Source of the DNA: Actinomycetota bacterium
Lineage (GTDB): Bacteria > Actinomycetota > Actinomycetes > S36-B12
Assembly (NCBI GenBank): GCA_017857875.1
Contig: JAFMCH010000004.1
Coordinates: forward strand, 1-63,067
Reading direction: 5' to 3'
DNA: 63,067 nucleotides
A program made the translations under genes and the position numbers. The stretch's first letter is position 1. Each line of letters opens with the position of its first letter. Below the pieces are notes generated by a model, which did no database searches, was not told where the DNA came from, and saw only the letters and a list, made by a program, of their open reading frames with translations. Below are positions 59,996 to 63,067 of the stretch, one piece after another.

Positions 59996-60741
59996 TGGCG
60001 CTCACCCCCGGCGAAGCCGACCACCTGTTGCTCTTCACCCAGTCCCAGTTAGCTCTGAGTAGACGCGCACGCGGGCTTCGCCTTAACGTGCCCGAGGCAA
60101 CCGCGCTGATCGCCCATCAAATTTGCGAATGGGCGCGCGATGGCCTGAGCCTCGACGCTGCGCGCACTCAAGCACGCACCATTCTCGGAGTCAACGACGT
60201 TCTACCCGAAGTACCCGAGATCGTCACCGAGATTCGTGTCGAAGCTCGCTTCGACGACGGTACGCGCCTGGTTGTTGTGGCCCACCCGTTCGAACCGTCG
60301 CCAACAATGGACATCGACGAAGCATCGGCTCCCCCGGCGCATGACTACCTGACTTTGCACAACATGGCCGAGACGGACATCGGCGTGACCTCACATCAGC
60401 ATCTGGCAGAGGTCAATCCGCGGATTCGCCTTGATCGATCCCGAGCTTTCGGCATGCGTCTGGCGTTGCCCGCCGGAGACACGCAGTGGCTGCGATCGGG
60501 CACAAGCGTGACCGCGCCCATTACGCCGATTGGTGGCGATCGGATTGTTATCGGCAATACCGGCCTAGTGGACGGCCCCCTTGATGATTCCCACGTGCGC
60601 GAGCGCGCATTACGCAAACTGCGCCAGTGCGGTTACCTCGATGAATCACAGGGCGAACCGATCGGGGACCTGGCTGGGGCAAATCGCGCAGTGAGCAAAA
60701 TTATGGATGACCTGCGTAAATCAAGGCAGCGGCCGCAATGA
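59995..60741 (+). CDS. ureAB: Fused urease gamma/beta-like subunit
   Basis: Gamma: RRARGLRLNVPEA..LI, VEARFDDGTRLVVV; beta: SHQHLAEVNP..RLDR..AFGMRLALPAG. Confidence 0.88.
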   Translation: MALTPGEADHLLLFTQSQLALSRRARGLRLNVPEATALIAHQICEWARDGLSLDAARTQARTILGVNDVLPEVPEIVTEIRVEARFDDGTRLVVVAHPFEPSPTMDIDEASAPPAHDYLTLHNMAETDIGVTSHQHLAEVNPRIRLDRSRAFGMRLALPAGDTQWLRSGTSVTAPITPIGGDRIVIGNTGLVDGPLDDSHVRERALRKLRQCGYLDESQGEPIGDLAGANRAVSKIMDDLRKSRQRPQ

Positions 60742-62396
60742 GCAGTTACGGACCGCGAGCCGGCGATATCGTCACACTTGGTGGCACGGGCCTGCAGCTG
60801 CACATCGACGACCGTGTCGATGATCAATACGATGAGTTTCGCGTCGGTTTCGCCAAGACAGGTCGCGACGGAATAGGGCTCAAATCCGTTGCTACACAGG
60901 ATTCCTGTGATCTGTTGTTGTCGAACGCTATCGTGCTTGATCCGATTGACGGAGTTCGCGTTGCGAGCATCGGTTTTCGAGATGGGCGAATCTGCGGCAT
61001 CGGCAAAGCAGGGAATCCGGACACCACACACGGCGTCGACATAGTCGTCGGTTCCGGCACAGTCGTCATTGACGCTGATGGCCTCATTGCCACACCGGGC
61101 GGGATCGATACCCACGTTCACAGTCTTAGCCCGCGAGTGTTTAACTCACTGATCTCCAGCGGCATTACCACCGTGATCGCCCAGGAAACCGGCCCTGTGT
61201 GGGGAGTTGGGATCGGTTCTCGCGCGCTCTTGCATCAGGCCTATCGAGCCATGGATAACTTCCCGCTCAACATTGGGATCCTGGGGCGGGGTTCCACCTC
61301 GGCCGATGTGGTCACTCGCGAGGCAATCTTGGCGCATGTGTGCGGCTTCAAAGTGCATGAAGACACCGGCACAACTTTGCGAACACTGGACACCGCATTG
61401 CGAGCAGCGGATTTTGCCGATGTTCAAGTGGCCGTGCACACCGATAGCCTCAATGAGTCGCTCTCCGTGGCCGACACAATTGCAGTGCTCGACGGACGAG
61501 TCGTTCACGCGTATCACGTCGAAGGGTGTGGCGGCGGTCATACGCCAGACGTACTGCAACTTGCCGGGCACGACAACATCTTGGCCTCATCCACTAATCC
61601 GACGTTGCCCTACGGCATCAATGCGATCGACGAACACCTCGACATGATCATGCTCACACACGGGATGAACGCGCACCGTGAGTCAGATATCCGAATCGCT
61701 CAAGCGCGAGTGCGCGCAACCACGATGGCGGCCGAAAACCAACTGCACGATCGCGGTGTTATTCCTATTACCTCTTCAGATGCCCAAGGCATGGGACGCG
61801 CCGGTGAAACCTGGTGGCGTACCTTCGCTTTGGCATCGGTACTCCGCCCCGACCCCACGGATTCAACCCGCCGGGACAATGAGCGCATCCTTCGGTACCT
61901 GGCAAAGATCACTATCAACCCGGCACTCGCACACGGACTCAGTCACGAAATCGGCCGTATCAGCGAGGGCTATCTCGGCGATATTGTTTTGTGGCAGCCC
62001 GAGCGGTTCGCCGCCACACCTCAACTCATCTTGAAAAGTGGCTTCCCCACCTGGGGTCAGACCGGAGACCCCAATGCAAGTATCGACTCCGCCGAGCCGC
62101 TGATTACGGCCGAACAATTTGGTGCCTATGCTGCCGCGCCTAGCGACCTGTCGTTCCTGCTGAGCAATGCGGTCGCCATCGCGGAGGGGCCTCCCCCCAC
62201 ACATCGCCGTGCCCTGGCCGTGCGCGGATGTCGCTCCGTTCGCAACGCCGATATGATCCGGCACGGAGAATCTGGCCCCGTCGAGGTAGTCACCTCGTTA
62301 GGAAGCAACCCGCAGCCAGTCGTACGTTGGCGCGGTGAGGAGTTAACGATGCAACCGGTCGAACACACTCCCCTGTCACGCCTGCATTTTTGGTAG
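60738..62396 (+). CDS. ureC: Urease alpha-like Ni-amidohydrolase (divergent)
   Basis: GKAGNPD, GGIDTHVH, GFKVHED, VHTDSLNE, HVEGCGGGH, STNPTLP, SSDAQGMGRAGE, RYLAKITINPALAHG. Confidence 0.9.
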   Translation: MSSYGPRAGDIVTLGGTGLQLHIDDRVDDQYDEFRVGFAKTGRDGIGLKSVATQDSCDLLLSNAIVLDPIDGVRVASIGFRDGRICGIGKAGNPDTTHGVDIVVGSGTVVIDADGLIATPGGIDTHVHSLSPRVFNSLISSGITTVIAQETGPVWGVGIGSRALLHQAYRAMDNFPLNIGILGRGSTSADVVTREAILAHVCGFKVHEDTGTTLRTLDTALRAADFADVQVAVHTDSLNESLSVADTIAVLDGRVVHAYHVEGCGGGHTPDVLQLAGHDNILASSTNPTLPYGINAIDEHLDMIMLTHGMNAHRESDIRIAQARVRATTMAAENQLHDRGVIPITSSDAQGMGRAGETWWRTFALASVLRPDPTDSTRRDNERILRYLAKITINPALAHGLSHEIGRISEGYLGDIVLWQPERFAATPQLILKSGFPTWGQTGDPNASIDSAEPLITAEQFGAYAAAPSDLSFLLSNAVAIAEGPPPTHRRALAVRGCRSVRNADMIRHGESGPVEVVTSLGSNPQPVVRWRGEELTMQPVEHTPLSRLHFW

Positions 62397-62406
62397 GCAG
62401 AACTAC

Positions 62407-63067
62407 ATGTGGGAATGGTTAGACCCTGGCCTCAGCGTCGGTGGTCTCCTCGCCGGTGTCATGGTCGGGTTAACGGGCATGGGTGGCGCCGCTCTCGTCA
62501 CGCCCATGCTTGTGCTGTTCTTCAACGTTCCCGCAGCGGCCGCGGTGAGTTCAGATGTGGTGGCTTCCGCAGTGATGAAGCCCGTCGGTGCATTCGTGCA
62601 CATCCGGCATTCCACCGTGCACTGGGGCATTGTGGGCTGGCTATCGGCAGGTTCGATACCCGGCGTCTTGATCGGCACCCTGATTTTCGCCATCGTCTCT
62701 GACACAGAGGGAGTCGAGGACACCATCCGAGTGTGGATTGGTCTTGTGTTGATCCTGGCGCTCCTGGCCATGGTGGGACGAGCCTTCGTCTCGGCGCGCG
62801 CTACCCGGCTGCGTGGACCGGCACCCATGGAAGGCACCAATGCCGCGGTCAGGATCGCACCGACGATCATTTTGGGGTTCCTAGTCGGGCTCTTAGTCGG
62901 CACGACAAGTGTCGGATCCGGCTCGCTCATCGTCACCACCATGCTCCTGCTCTATCCGTTACTTCGCCCGAGCGTTCTCGTCGGCACTGATCTAACTCAA
63001 GCAGTGCCGATGCTGGTGGTGGGCGCAATCGCGCATGCGGGGATCGGTGGCGTGGACTGGGCGGTCA
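62407..63067 (+). CDS. TauE/SafE (TSUP) sulfite/sulfonate exporter family protein, 3' truncated by window
   Basis: Manual translation from ATG 62407: MWEWLDPGLSVGGLLAGVMVGLTGMGGAALVTPML...AVSSD...MKPVG; second repeat VGTTSVGSGS; no stop before window end. Confidence 0.88.
   Translation, partial: MWEWLDPGLSVGGLLAGVMVGLTGMGGAALVTPMLVLFFNVPAAAAVSSDVVASAVMKPVGAFVHIRHSTVHWGIVGWLSAGSIPGVLIGTLIFAIVSDTEGVEDTIRVWIGLVLILALLAMVGRAFVSARATRLRGPAPMEGTNAAVRIAPTIILGFLVGLLVGTTSVGSGSLIVTTMLLLYPLLRPSVLVGTDLTQAVPMLVVGAIAHAGIGGVDWAV

Noticed and set aside
62403-62942. 179-aa minus-strand ORF
   Set aside because: Antisense shadow of the TauE gene, which the track omits because it has no stop inside the window.

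Overview
Chromosomal segment of a high-GC actinomycete. The assignment rests on an IleRS2-type ileS, PriA, DivIVA/SepF, a dcw cluster without ftsA, the mraW RNA motif and many leaderless starts; the exact lineage cannot be fixed from sequence alone. Positions 1-46 kb are mostly core genes: yceD-coaD-rsmD-recG-DAK2-rpmB, a trpE/his block, dnaE-rluD-lspA-dksA-like, ileS, and a complete dcw cluster (mraZ to divIVA). An arsR plus aquaglyceroporin-arsenate reductase fusion cassette interrupts the dcw cluster between ftsQ and ftsZ. Positions 46-63 kb are accessory: an SDR/BVMO/esterase/acyl-CoA ligase module around a perfect 20-bp palindrome, kup, rmuC, membrane proteins, and a sulfide:quinone oxidoreductase with a CsoR/CstR-type operator. 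Divergent from sqr is a tightly coupled operon: agmatine-deiminase family, fused urease gamma/beta, urease alpha, TauE exporter. This operon is the best candidate for an undescribed system. The urease-like enzyme keeps all six Ni ligands but has lost the flap cysteine, and no ureD/E/F/G or N-carbamoylputrescine hydrolase gene is seen in the window. That suggests a two-step guanidino -> ureido -> amine nitrogen-scavenging route rather than ordinary urea hydrolysis (inference). Two small ORFs missing from the ORF track (315-461 and 45129-45293) and several operators and repeats are also reported. No tRNA, rRNA, CRISPR array, transposase or integrase was seen. Start sites that differ from the ORF track were chosen by eye.
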